Assembly (NCBI RefSeq): GCF_009914755.1
Contig: NC_060942.1
DNA from: the human T2T-CHM13v2.0 reference genome, Homo sapiens
DNA length: 64,000 bases
Direction: 5' to 3' (one strand)
In this document: piece by piece, positions 31,532 to 45,414 of the stretch
Layout: every line of letters starts with the position of its first letter
Numbering within the stretch: position 1 is the stretch's first letter
The notes under the pieces: model-generated
Databases searched by the model: none
Told to the model about the DNA's origin: nothing
The model's input: only the letters and a program-made list of their open reading frames with translations
Made by a program: the position numbers and the translations under genes

Positions 31532-31779
31532 TTTTTTAAGAAATAGGGTCTTGCTGTGTTGCCCCAGCTGGAGTGTAGTGGCTATCCACAGGCAAGATCC
31601 CACTACTGATCAGCACAGAAGTTTTGACCTGCTCCATTTCTGAGGTAGTCCCCCACTCCTGGGAGGTCACCATTTGGATACCAAACTTAGTGCAGACACC
31701 TGGTTGGCATAATGCACTATAGCCTAGGACTCAGCCTCCTGAGTACCTGGGACTATAAGCACCTGCAACCAAGCCCAGC
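31532..31779 (-). pseudogene. 7SL RNA (RN7SL) retropseudogene with internal deletions
   Basis: Contains the S-domain sequence absent from Alu (reverse complement GCACTAAGTTTGGTATCCAAATGGTGACCTCCCAGGAG; GGAGCAGGTCAAAACTTCTGTGCTGATCAGTAGTGGGATC). Confidence 0.92.
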
Positions 31780-31997
31780 TCAACTGATTTTTAACAAGCG
31801 TACCAAAGCAATTCAACAGAAGAAGGGTGATCTTTCAGCAAACGGTGCTGGAACAACTGGACATTGATAGGCAGTGAAAAAACAAAACAAAAGAACCTCA
31901 ATCTAAACCTTAAACTTTATACAAAAATTAACCCAAAATGGATCATGGACTTACGTGTAAAATATAAAACTTAAAACTTTTATAAGAGAACATTGGA

Positions 31998-32265
31998 TTT
32001 GGGAGGCCGAGTCAAGCAGATCACTTGAGATCGGGGGTTCAAGACCAGCATGGCCAACATGGCAAAACTCCATCTCTACTAAAAATACAAAAATCAGCTG
32101 GGTGTGGTGGCAGGCACCTGTAATATCAGCTGCTCAGGAGGCTGAGGCAGGAGAATCACTTCAACCCAGGAGGCAGAGGTTGCAGTGAGCCAAGATCGTA
32201 CCACCGCACTCTAGCCTGGGTGACAGAGTGAGACTCCGTCTCAAAAATGAAAAAAAATAAAATAA
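31998..32265 (+). mobile_element. AluS, 5'-truncated
   Basis: Dimer whose tail runs into (GGAA)n. Confidence 0.93.
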
Positions 32266-32450
32266 AAGGAAGGAAGGGAAGGAAGGGAACAGGGGAAGGA
32301 AGGAAGGAAGGAAGGAAGGAAGGAAGGAAGGAAGGAAGGAAGGAAGGAGAAAGGAAGGAAGGAAGGAAGGAAGGAAGGAAGGAAGGAAGGAAGGAAGGAA
32401 GGAAGAAAGAAAGAAGGAAAGAAAGAAAAGGAAAAGAAAAGAAGAGAAAA
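32266..32450. repeat. (GGAA)n/(GAAA)n microsatellite
   Basis: More than 25 GGAA units in two long runs. Confidence 0.97.
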
Positions 32451-32546
32451 GACTGGAGAAAATCTTCAGGACCTAGAACTAGGAGAAGAGTTCCTAGACA
32501 TGACATCAAAAGCACAATTAAGAAAAGAAGGACATTGATACATTGA

Positions 32547-32987
32547 CTGTCTTAGTTCATTTTGTATTACCATAACAGAATACCTGAGACTGAGTAATTT
32601 ATAAAGAAAAGGCTTATTTAGCTCAGTTCTGTAGGCTGGGAAGTTCTAGGGCATGTCCCTGGCTTCTGGTGAGGACTTTCTCACTGTCATAACATGGTTG
32701 AGAACATAAAAGGGAAAGCAGATGCATGCAAAGAGGCAAAATCCACAGAGGCACCCTGGCTTTTAACAACACACTGTCATGGGAACTAACCCATTCCTGT
32801 GAAAACCAATACAGTCTGGCCAGAGCAAAGACTCCACTCACTACAGCAAGAACTGCACCAAGCCATGCATGAGTGATCTGTCCCCATGACCCAAACACCT
32901 CCCACTAGGCCCCACCTCCCAACACCACCTCACTGAAGATCAAATTTCAACATGAGTTTTGGTGGCGACAAGCTCAAACCATAGCAT
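32547..32987 (-). mobile_element. MSTB-type solo LTR
   Basis: tgtcttagttcattttg...acagaatacctgagactgagtaatttataaagaaaag...caaaccatagca. Confidence 0.9.
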
Positions 32988-33423
32988 CAGCCTCAACAAA
33001 ACTAAAACTTTCGCTATGTGCAAGACTGTTAAGATGCTGAAAAGACAAGCCACAGGCTGAAAAAAAAATTTGCAAACCATATATCCAACAAGACATGCAA
33101 AAAACTCAAAACTCAACATTAAAAACAAAAACAATCTTATTAGAAATGGGCAAAAGACATGAAGGAAATTTCACTGAAGAGGATATATGATGGCAAATAA
33201 ACACACAAAAAGATGTTCAACATCATTAGCCATAAGGGAAATGCAAATTAAAACTACAATGAGTTATCAACACATACCTATCAGAATGGCTAAAGAATAG
33301 TGACAACACGAAATGCTGATGGCTGCAAAGAAACTGAATCACTCATACATTGCTAGTGGAAATACATAACGGCACAGGCACTCTGGAAGACAGCTTGTGG
33401 TTTCCTTAAAAACTAAACATGCG

Positions 33424-34052
<629 letters not shown>

Positions 34053-34219
34053 CTAAACATGCAACTACTATACAACCCATTAATTCCACTCCTGGGCTTT
34101 TTTACAGAGAAATGAAGACTTATGGTTATACAAAAGCATGTACGTGAATGTTCACAGCAGGTTTATTTAAATTAGCCAAAAACTAGAAACAACCTAAATG
34201 TTCTTCATAAGAATGGTTA

Positions 34220-34855
34220 ACTTACACACATTTATTATCTCACAGTTTTCATGGATCAGGAATCTGGGCACAGCTTAACCAGGTCCTCTGCTCAGGTCTC
34301 ATAAGGCTGCATGCAATCAGGTGCCGGCAGGACTACAGTGTCATCAGCTGCTTGACTGGGGAAACTCTGCTTCCAGGTTCCCACACAATTGTCGACAGAA
34401 TTGATCTTCTTACATCTATAGGGCTGAGGTCCCCATTTTTTCTCATCATTTACAGATTGCCTTCCATTCCCTGCCACATGGCCCTCTCCATAGACATTCA
34501 TACATAATTTTTTGGTTCTTTAAGACTAGCAGGCCCTCCCTCCAAAAGTAACTACGTGAGATGATAGATAAATTAGTCTGCTTCACTATAGTAACCACTT
34601 TACTATCTATGTGTATCCCATAACATGTCTTAAACCTCAAATGTACACAATAAAATTTATTTAATAAAACAAAGACTAGGGGGAAAATCTTTCTCTTCAG
34701 TCTAAGACAGAGTGCTATATAAAGAAACACAACCATGGGAGTGACATGCCACCATCTTTGCCATATCCTATTGCTTAGAGGCAAGTCACAGTTTCCACTC
34801 ATACTCAAGGGAAGGGGATGGTACAAAAATGTGGATCACTGGGGTTTGCCTGACA
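34220..34855 (-). mobile_element. MLT1F-like LTR interrupted by an L1MA 3' tail (about 34545-34670)
   Basis: atttattatctcacagttttcatggatcaggaatctgggcacagcttaacc...; aagactag flanks the L1 tail. Confidence 0.75.
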
Positions 34856-35077
34856 CACCAAGTCAAACAGCGGGTAACCAAGGTTAAATCTACAGAAACT
34901 GCACAGTGTAAAATGCTGATTAGCTTTTTACTTTATTAGATTAACTATGCTTGTTAAAGTTTCTAGGGTAACCACTAAAACGACAGAACTAAGATGTATA
35001 ACCCCAGTGGGGGCCAGTAAGAATGAGAGTCTGCAGTACAAATGAAAATAAGAAAGGGGAAAAAAAATGAAGTGAAG

Positions 35078-35366
35078 GGCCAGGTGCATTGGCTCACATC
35101 TGTAATCTCAGCACTTTGGGAGGTCAAGGCAAGAGGATCACTTGAGCTCAGGAGTTCCAAACCTGCCTGGGCAACATGACGAAACCCCATCTCTACAAAA
35201 AATGCAAAAATTAGCCAGGCATGGTGACACACTCCTGTAGTCCTAGCTACTTGAGAAGCTGAAGTGGAAGGATCGCTTGCGCCCAGGAGGTCGAGGCTGT
35301 GGTAAGCCATGATCATGCCACTACACTCCAGCCTGGGCAAGAACCTGTTTCAAAAAGAAAAAAAAA
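35078..35366 (+). mobile_element. AluJ
   Basis: Full dimer. Confidence 0.94.
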
Positions 35367-37816
35367 GGAAATGAAGAAACTTGGACAAGTAGAAAATGCA
35401 AAATAAGATAATATTAGTAAATCCAAATTTATCATTAAAACTGTAAACAAAATGGATTAACTTTCCAGTTAAAAGATAAAGTTTGTACAACTGAATTCTT
35501 AATAATCCAGCTACAAGCTACCTACAAGAGGCATTCCTAAAACACAGAAACACAGAAAGTCTGAAAGCAAAAGAATGGAAAATACATATACCATCAAAAT
35601 ATTATTCTAAAGAAAGAAGTATAGATAAATATACTGTGATTTGGTCATAAAATAGAATATTGACCAGCAGTGAAAACAACTGAAACATAGCTACACTTAC
35701 CAGAATGGATCAAATCAGTCACAGAAGAATGTATACAATATGATGCGACCTAAATACATTTCAAAAACATTCAAAACTAAATAACATATTGTTTTTGACA
35801 GATACACATGTCATAGGTTATTTAATAAAAGGACACAATAAACATAAAATGTAGGAGGCTGGAGCCTCCGGAGGTGGCAAAGGGATTTGGAAGAGATAAC
35901 ATGGGAGTTTTCAAGGTTATTACAATGGAAATTTAGTAATTATTTTGAACTAAATAATAATAACATACAATATATATAAAAACAATTTCTTAAGCTTGAT
36001 GCACAGTAGATGTATATTCATTTTATTTTTTTCTTTATATCTTTTATATGCGCATGTGTATAATGTTCTTTAAAATGCATTCAAAATTCAATAACTCTTT
36101 AAAATTTACTGAAAGCCTGATAGTATATCCCTTTTTTGACCCAGAGAAAAAGTACAATGAATGGAGCCACGAAAAGAAAGGCCTTTCCCCCCAGGATTGC
36201 CATGAACTTCACACAAACTCACAGCATCCTGCACAGTCAAGTCTCCACTGAGACAGCTCGACCAAGACACAGAACTCATGAACACTGCAGCCAGGAGACC
36301 CACTCATGCTGGGACTCGAGGCAGAACCAAGGAATCCTTGCTCCTTTGTGTCTTTCTGGGGAACCTGGTAGCTGTCTGTCCTCCTCTGAACATCTCAGAA
36401 TTCTTGTCCAGGTAAGAAATTTCCCAACAATTCTATCTCTGACCAGGATACTATGTGATAGGATCTGTTTCTCATTCAACACATTTTTGTAAGCACCTAT
36501 CATGTGCCAGGCTGTGGGCTAAATGCTTGGGTTACCATAGTGAAATGTGATGTTACCGTAGTGAAATGTGACAAACGGGGTCTTACCTTTAGATGCCCAG
36601 AGCCTAAGAGGGCTACCGACAAGCAAATGGGAAAATACAATGGAGAGTGTCAAATGCAATGAGCATGTGAGTTCCACGTACCAGGGAGGAAGACGGGGGA
36701 AGGTTCCCAAACTCAGAGTGGCCATTAGGGATGCTTGCCAGAGGAAGTGGCAACTAAGCTGGGAAGACAAAGGGCTCTGTAATACCATCCTCCCAGCTTC
36801 AACCTGACTTACATTCAGTAACATGTCATGGACCCATCACTTGATGGTCAAACCTTCCGTAGCTTCTATTGCATATTCAGCCTCCAACACCCAGTGGGAT
36901 GCTGAGCCCCATTGCTTTACACTCTGATGTGGGAACTGGGGCCTTCCTTTTTGTTATCCCAAAGCAGCTGCCTTCCAACCTCAGGGAGGATGGTACAGGG
37001 AGCACCCCTGTTGAGGAGGCGGCCTCAGCTTCCTGCCCTGCTCTGCCCCAGGCCCAAGGCAGTTGGTCTGGTCCTATGGGTCCACTGCACATGGAGGGTG
37101 GAAGGAACTGGAAAGCAGGACTCTCACCCTTCCCCCTGGACTCCACCCACCAGAAGCATGCTGAGCTAAATGCAGGTTCTTGACCCCAGGCAGCCCAAGC
37201 TGGGGTGTCAGGGGAGGAGGCAAGGAGGCTGGGGAAGGTGGGAGTGTTTATCTTCAGTGGGACTTCCAGTGGAAAGACTGGATCCAAATCCGTCTAGCTG
37301 TGTAGGCTTAGGCAAATCACATCACCTACATGGGCCTCACTGTCCTTATCTGTGAATTGGACTCAGACAGGACCTGCCTCTCCCGATGGAAGTAGGGTGA
37401 AGGCGTTGATTTGAGGGAAGCCTTCTGAGATGTACAAAGCTCTGCCTTTATTCTGGCCAGGGTTCCTTAGGTCTTCTACCCCTAGTTAAGGCAAAACTTC
37501 CTCCCTCCCAAACCAAGGCCACTCTTGCCACACCCTCTACCCAGACCAGACCAGGGCTAACATGGTTCCTGACTCTCAACTCCCATGCAGCCTCCTGAGG
37601 GGGCTCAGAAGCCAAGTGCAGAGTGAACGAGGAGAAGGAATGTGACCTGCCAGGGTTTCCCTTCCATATTTGGACCAGAACCATTCTCCATCTCTTGGGA
37701 GGGAAGGCAGCTGCACCCAGATTCCAAAAACTCCTCCCAGAGCCTTTCCTAGGGCTTGTCCAGACAGGAAGTCGGCCCAGGGGTTTTCCAATTGCCCAAA
37801 GGTGCTATGCACCCCA

Positions 37817-37835
37817 CCACCAGAAGGCGGCGCCC
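37817..37835 (+). promoter_or_regulatory. CTCF-like motif (forward)
   Basis: CCACCAGAAGGCGGCGCCC with upstream tgctatgca module-like sequence; CpGs retained in CpG-poor context. Confidence 0.6.
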
Positions 37836-38395
37836 AGGAATCAGCCACTGCCTGTGTCTCCACTCCGTGGCTCCTAACAAAGCTCTTAACTCCTAAGTGC
37901 AGAGGCTGAAGCAGGAAGGACCTCGAGGGAGATCATCCACGCCAGCCTCCTTAAAGTTTTGAAAGTCACAGGCTCCTTTGAGAAACCGATGAAAACTACT
38001 GACCCTCTCCCTGGAAGAATGCCTCGGCACATCCGCTCACTATGGTCACACAGATTCAGAACACCCTTGGACCCCCCAGACACACCGCCCAAGGATGCCC
38101 TAGGATTTCTTGTAATCCCGCCCAGGAAGCTTGCCCCATCAGCTACCCCCTCAAGGCCTAGAGGCTAAATCAGGCCCAGCACCTCTGCTCCCTGTGGTCA
38201 GCCCACGCCTGTGTTTATCCTGGTGATACCAGTCAACGGCTTCAGCAAAGGAGGCTGAAAGAAAGCCAAGGTCATCTTGTTCGAAGACAGGGGTTTATAA
38301 AAGTTGGTGGGAGTGGGTACTTCGCGACTTGGAGGATTATGAACTGACTGATTGTCTAGGAGCCTCAAACCTGGAATTAAAAAAAAAAAAATCAT

Positions 38396-38700
<305 letters not shown>

Positions 38701-40020
38701 CTAATGCTCTTTTACCCAAAAGGAATCAGGGAGAGAGGGTGGCATTGGAGAGGGAGGGAGCAGGGGGAGGCAGGACTTAGGACGCAGGAGAGACTGCCCC
38801 CTTCTCTGTGCCCTGTGGGCTGCTCTGAAGGTCTCGGGGAGCCCATGCACTTTGCACAACAGGTCACAAGGCATTGATTTCTGGGGTAGTGGAATTACCC
38901 CTAACAAGACTGTAAACTAACAGTCCAGGAGAAGAAATAAAAGGGCACAAATGAAATGCTGAGAGAATCATGGACTGACAGAAGTGAAGGAGGACCAGTA
39001 GAAACAGAGGTCTCAGTCACCTTGCCCACATTCTCCCTGAACCTTCCATGTCAGCCAGCCTGGTCCAGGCCTGGGCTCATCAGCTGTTGTGCCCTGAATG
39101 CTGCTGTGGGGCAGGTTCTAGGAGGGTTAGGGGTGTGCTGATGACGATCACGTCCTTGTCCTTCAAGAGCTCCCAACTGAGCTGTCAAGCCAGACACTAT
39201 GTAAATAACTGCCAGGTGAGCTGCACTGAGGAAAGGAGCTCTTCCAGCTGGGGTGGTCAGTAAAGTCATCACAGAGGGATGGGACTTGAGGAAATGGGGT
39301 CCCCAAGGTTGGTAGGTGAGATGACATAAACAATGGCACAGAGGCCAGCAGGCACGAGCTGGAGGCAGCAACACAGAACATGGGCCACTTCCACACCACC
39401 CCCGCCCTAGGGTATCTTCCTGCCATCAAACCTCAGTTTCATTGCGATCCACATCTTCCATTCTCCCCACTCCCCCTAGCCACCAATACTTCTCACAAAC
39501 GTGGAAGCCCTCTATTCTAGAACACCGGAGAAGTGAGCACTCCCACATTACACTCATTCCATAAATGCTTTATGTGCATCTCCCATGTGCCAGGCACTAT
39601 TCAAGGCCCTGTCTGAGGCTTAAGAGACACAGCAGTGAAAAGGAAAACAATGTCTTGCCCTCATTTGTCCTGGCAAAGAGCTTCTTAGAGTTAGATCTCT
39701 GTTCCCAAACCCCTCCCAGGCTCCCACCCTCCTCATTTTATTATCTTGCACTGTATCTCTTGGAAATGGACCCAAAGACCCAAGAGTGGTTCTGCCAATA
39801 CAGAGGACGATGGGGCTGTCAGCCTGTCTAGGTCTCTAACCGTTTGGTTAATGCTGCTGATAAAGGTAGGAACTAGGTCTTGTTTTAAATATTGATCATA
39901 AATACTCCGGTCTCCAAATATGAAGGCACAAAGGCTCATATTTTCACTGTAAGTAACAGAACCCCAACTCAAACTAGCTTCACCACAAGTGAAAATTGTT
40001 TATAAGAAACTAAGTGCAGT

Positions 40021-40322
40021 CACTTTGGGAGGCCAAGGTGGTGGATCACCTGAGGTCGGGAGTTCAAGACCAGCCTGGACAATGGTCTTTAGTAGAGACC
40101 AGCCTGGCCCTGTCTCTACTAAAAATACAAAAAATTAGCCAGGCACAGTGGCAGGCGCCTGTAATCCCAGCTACTTGGGAGACTGAGGCAGGATAATCAC
40201 TTCAACCCAGGAGGTGGAGGTTGCACAGTGAGCTGAGATCGCACCACTGCATCCAGCCTGGGCAAGACAGAGCAAGACTCTATCTCAAAACAAAAAACAA
40301 ACAAACAAACAAAACAAAAACA
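40021..40322 (+). mobile_element. AluS, 5'-truncated, internally rearranged
   Basis: TSD ctaagtgca; see finding at 40066. Confidence 0.93.
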
Positions 40323-41799
40323 ATCTAAGTGCAAGGATGAGCTGGGGTTCAGAAACAACTGGAATTGGGGTCCACTCTCCCTGCATCATTCATACTCTAC
40401 ACGGCTCCATTCCTTCAGTCTTTCTCTGTCTTTAGACTGCCTTCTCCAGGACATGTGGGAAAAAATGTGAATAAGGTGGACTTCTCTCTTAGTCCCCACC
40501 CTGAAGTCCAGGAAAGAGACAGATGGGTCCAACCTGGGCCAAGGTGCTCACCCCTGGGTCTATCAGTTGTCAGCTGAGATAAGGATGAGACAACAGTTCC
40601 TAACACAGCCTGATGGATGGAGTTGAGGAGAAGTAATTCTGTGCAGATGATGTCCAATATGGGCACTTGGCGATCTAGTCCAACGTCTCCATTTTCAGAG
40701 GAAATGGAGGTACAAATAGGGATGACGCCTTGTCCAGTGAATTAATGATTAAACTCAAGGAATTCTGGAGTGCTTTGCAGGATCATCCATCAATCAGATT
40801 TCCAGTGAATTGAGTGGATGCATGCTCAACTCACACTCATAAATGGCAAACCATCCATGTGGTACACTTACATGGGATGACCTAACATACACGAGGGTGA
40901 CTTTCCTTTTCCCAAAGCCACAGCCTGATGCTGCCTCAATCTTGCACAGCCAGAGAATGAGGAGTTATTGGTGAAGACATTCTCGGGATAAGCCAAGATT
41001 CCCATGAAACATCTAAATGGTTGCCATTTAAACTTCTCCTGACTGAACCTCTTTCTAAATGGGTTGTACACAGCTCTGTCTTCTTTAAGAGCAGGCGCTC
41101 AACAGAGCTCAACAGGCTTTTCTCAACATTTCAGGGTCGTTCATGTATTCCTTGGTTGTTCGCTAGATGGCAGGCCCTGTTCTAGCACTAGGAATAACGA
41201 CAGTGGCCAAGACAGACATGGTCACTGGCTTACAAGTGAGTGAGGAAAATCAATCTAATAAATATACCCATAATTCTTCACAGTTGGGACACAGGCAAGA
41301 AGGAATATAACATTATGACATTCTGGAGGTATATAAGAGGGGATCTGAAGAACAGAAAAGGAGACAAGAAAGGTTTATTTGAGGAAGCGATGTTAGGTTA
41401 AGACTAGAGGAGGGTAGGAGGAAGTCAGTGGAGGAGAAGGAAAGGAACAGAGCTTCAGGCAGAGGGAACAGCCATTTCACAATGGCTGGGAGGTAGGCGA
41501 GAAGAGATGTGGCTGAGGGAAGCCAGTATGGCTGGAACAGGGCCCCATGAACAGTGGCCATTGGTTTGGACTGATTGCAGAGGTCCCCTCAAGGCTACTG
41601 CAGGGGTCAGGCACCGATGCGAAGATCTGCCCTGTCAAACCCAAGATAGATGCCAGCTACTCATAGAGTGCTCTGCAGTGTGGGTGCTTAGAGATGGCTC
41701 ACCTGGGTTGAGTGCCATATTCTGTCAGGTTCCTGCTATTCAGAACTACCACACAACTATAGGATGATAGATGTGGAAAGCTCCCAGAGAAACCTTCCA

Positions 41800-41978
41800 G
41801 AGCAGGAGTTATGATCCTGATTGCACCATAGGATCACTTGGGATGCTTAGAAAAATACCTATACTCAGACCGTACCCCAGATCAATTAAATATGCAGACA
41901 AGGGATTATGGTGTGGGTGTTTTGTAAAGCTCCTAGGTGATTCTAATAAGTAGATATGGTTGAGAATCACTATTCTAG
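41800..41978. mobile_element. MER5A-like hAT element
   Basis: ctcagaccgtaccccagatcaattaaat...aagctcctaggtgattctaat...gttgagaatcact. Confidence 0.75.
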
Positions 41979-42229
41979 TGCAATCCTCTTTTTTTTCACA
42001 AATTAAAGAACTGAAGCCCCTCTACACAATTATTAATTTTAGAAATGCACCCATGTCCACATTATACACAATAGAGAGTGAAGAAGGAACAGAAGTCATA
42101 GAAATCTCATGTTTAAAATATGGTAGTACTAACGGGAAAGTGGATCCCACTCCCTCTTGCTTCATTCAAAAAAGCAGTGTTAAAAAGTTTGATTTATAAG
42201 TTTTATCATATGAAGAAAACAGTATTACG

Positions 42230-43996
42230 GATAGCCACATGCAAGAGAATAAAGTTGGACCCCCTCCTTTACACCATACACAAAAATTAACTCATAATGG
42301 ATCAAAGACTTAAATGTAAGCCCATTTTTTTAAATCCCAACTCTTAGAAGAATACATAGGAGTAAATTTTCATGACCTTAAGTTAAGCACAACCTTTTTA
42401 GATACCACATCAAAAGCCCAAACAACAAAATAAAAAAATAGATGAAATGCACTGCATTAAAATTACAAAGTTCTGTGTTACAAACAATACCATCAAGAAA
42501 GTGAAAATACCCACAGAATAAGCTAAAATATTTGCAAATCATATTATCTGATAAGGAGCTTGTATCCAGAATATGCAAAGCACTCTTTCAACTCCATAAT
42601 GAAAAGACAAATAAGCTAATTTAAAAATGGGCAAAGAATTTGAATAGCCATTTCTTCAAAAAAGATCTATAAATGGCCAGTGAGCACAGGAAAGGATGCC
42701 CAACATCACTAGCTATTAAGGAAATGGAAATCAAAACCACAGTGACATACCACTTCACACCCACTAGGGTGGCTATAATAGAAAAGACAGAGAATGTGGT
42801 GAGGTTGTAGGGAAATTGGAACCTTTGTATATGTTGGTGAGAGTGTAGCCACTTTGGAAAACAATGTGTCAGTTCCTCAAAATGTTAAATATAGAGTTAC
42901 CATATGACCCAGCCATTCCACTCTTAAGCATATACCCAAGTACATATGCTTACATAAAATCCTGTACACCAGCGGTCCCCAACCTTTCTAGCACCAGGGA
43001 CCAGTTTCATAGAAGACAATTTTTCCGCAGACTGGGGAGGGGGATTTCAAGATGATTCAAGCACATTACATTTATTGTGTACTTTATTTCTACTATTATT
43101 ACATTGTAATATACAGTGAAATAATTATACAAGTCACCATAATGTAGAATTAGTGGGAGCCCTGAGCCTGTTTTCCTGCAACTAGACAGTCCTATCTGGG
43201 GGTGATGGGAGACAATGATAGATCATCAGGCAATAGATTCTTATAAGGAGTGTGTAACCTAGATCCTTCACATGTGCAGTTCACAATAGGGTTTGTGCTC
43301 CTATGAGAGTCTAATGCCTCTGCTGATCTAACAGGAGGTGAAGCTCGGGAGGTAATGCAAGCAATGGAGAGCATCTGTCAATACACATGAAACTTCACTC
43401 AATACCCACCACTCACCTCCTGCTGGGCAGCCTGGTTCCTAACAGGCCATGGACAGCTATCCCTGCTATAGATGAATGTTGGGGACCCCTGCTGTACATT
43501 AATGTTCCTATCAACAGCATTCATAACAGCCAAAAAATAAACTACCCAAATGTTCATAAACTGATAAATGGATAAACAAAATGTAGCATATGTGTGCAAT
43601 GGAATATCATTCAGCCATAAAAAGGAAGTCTTGATATATACTACAACATAAATGAATCTTGAAAACATTATGCTAAGTGAAAGAAGCCTAAAGACCACAT
43701 ATAGAATGATTTCATTTATATGAAATGTCCAGAAAAGGCAAATCTATAGAGACAGAAAGTAGATTAGCAGTTGCCTAGGGCTGGGAGGGTGGAGGGAGTT
43801 GGGGAGTGGTCACTACACTAGTGCCCACGCTAATGGATACAGGGTTTCTTTTTAGGATGATGAAAATGTTCTAAAATTAATTGTGCTGAAAATTGTACAA
43901 CTCTTGTGAACACACTAAAAACCATGGAATTGTACAATCTAAATGAGTGAATTGTATGGTATGTGAATTGTATCCCAATAAAGATGTTTTTAAAAA
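42230..43996 (+). mobile_element. L1MB-type 3' portion
   Basis: ORF2 end plus 3'UTR (ggcaaatctatagagacagaaagtagattagcagttgcctaggg...gtatgtgaattgtatcccaataaa). Confidence 0.9.
42970..43491. mobile_element. MER1A (hAT-Charlie) inserted in L1MB
   Basis: TIRs cagcggtccccaac / gttggggacccctg; 8-bp TSD ctgtacac / ctgtacat. Confidence 0.92.
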
Positions 43997-44005
43997 ACAG
44001 TATTA

Positions 44006-44312
44006 GCCAGACGTAGTGGCGCACACCTATAATCGCAGAGCTTTGGGAGGCCAAGACAGGAGGATCACTTGAGGCCAGGGTTTTGAGATCAGCCTGGGCA
44101 ACACAATAAGAGCTCATCTCTACAAAAAAAAAAAATGTTTTAAATCAGCTGGGTGTGGTGGTGTGCTCCTGTAGTCCTAGCTACTCAGGAGGCTGAGGCA
44201 GGGGGATTACTTGAGCCCAAGAGGTCAAGACTGCAGTGAGCTATGATTGTGCCACTGCACTCCAGCCCGGGTAACACAGCAAGATGCTGTCTCTAACAAA
44301 ACAAAACAAAAA
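44006..44312 (+). mobile_element. AluJ
   Basis: Full dimer; TSD-like aaaacagtatta / aaaacagtgtta. Confidence 0.94.
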
Positions 44313-44649
44313 CAGTGTTATCTCTTACTTCCTTATTCGGATGGAATTGGGCCATTGGTCTCTTGTGTTTTACGGTTTCCGTTCTTTTCCTTCTTTTCAC
44401 GTTTCAATCCCACTCGTCTATCTGGATTTATATTTCTTCTCTGCTCTGCCTCCCTCTCCTCCCTCTCTCTCTCTTCTTTCTCCCTCTCTCCCTCCCTCCT
44501 CAAGAAAAGAATTGCAGGATATTCTCAGAAGCATTGTCTTTGCAGATTTGCTCAAGCAGAGAACTGATACGTCACCAAGCAAGTGGCTTTCCAGTGAGTC
44601 AGTGAGCAACAATTGAGCTTCAGGGCTTCCTCCTGGTCAAAACTGAGTT

Positions 44650-44887
44650 AGGCCAGGTGCAGTGGCCAAGGTGGGAGGATCACTTGAGCCCAAGAGTTCA
44701 AGGCCAGCCTGGGCAACATAGCAAGACCCCCTCTCTACAAAAAATCAAAAAATTAGCCAGGCATGGTGGCACACGCCTGTGGTCCCGGCTATTTGGGAGG
44801 ATCACTTGAGCCCAGGAGGGCTTGCATCACTGCACTCCCAACCTGAGTGACGAGCAAGACCCTGTCTCAAAAAATAAAATAAAAAAT
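44650..44887 (+). mobile_element. AluJ with several internal deletions
   Basis: Shortened dimer; TSD-like aaaactgagtta / aaaactatgagtta. Confidence 0.9.
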
Positions 44888-45149
44888 TAAAACTATGAGT
44901 TACCCAAGTATATTGTGCACAACACTTAGATTTTGTCTTCAAAGAAAATAAAAGGGGGAAAGTCTTATTCCTAAGGCATTTAGAGCCTATGGCCATATTG
45001 ATTCCCTGGGAAGTGGAATGGTTTAGGAAGAAGACTTTTCTGAAATATTGTCTTACCTAAGTACCCTATCCCCTAAAGAGGGTCAACTAAAGTTAAGGCA
45101 AAAAATAACAAGAAGAAGACACCTGATGGAAGCAGAGGGACTGCATTTC

Positions 45150-45379
45150 CCAAGAGCGGCAGATGCCATTTTCCAAAAACCACCGCAGCAACGTTTCTGA
45201 TCCCACATGGATTTCCTGATTATCGGACAACCCTCTTACGAAAGGTGGAGTCTAATTCCCTTCCCCTTGAGTATCCTGCTCAGCCTCCTCGGGGATTTCT
45301 TCTAAGGAATAAAATCTAGTGGACCTGATGCCATGGTTTCTGATGTGAGGTTAGAAAAAGTGATACAGCTTCTATCTGG

Positions 45380-45414
<35 letters not shown>

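Noticed and set aside
36278-36416. ATG ORF with a hydrophobic stretch ending at a CAG|gtaaga donor
   Set aside because: A single isolated candidate with no convincing downstream plus-strand exon chain.
38260-38300. KVILFEDRG resembling a beta/gamma-crystallin motif
   Set aside because: Stops on both sides and no further Greek-key residues.
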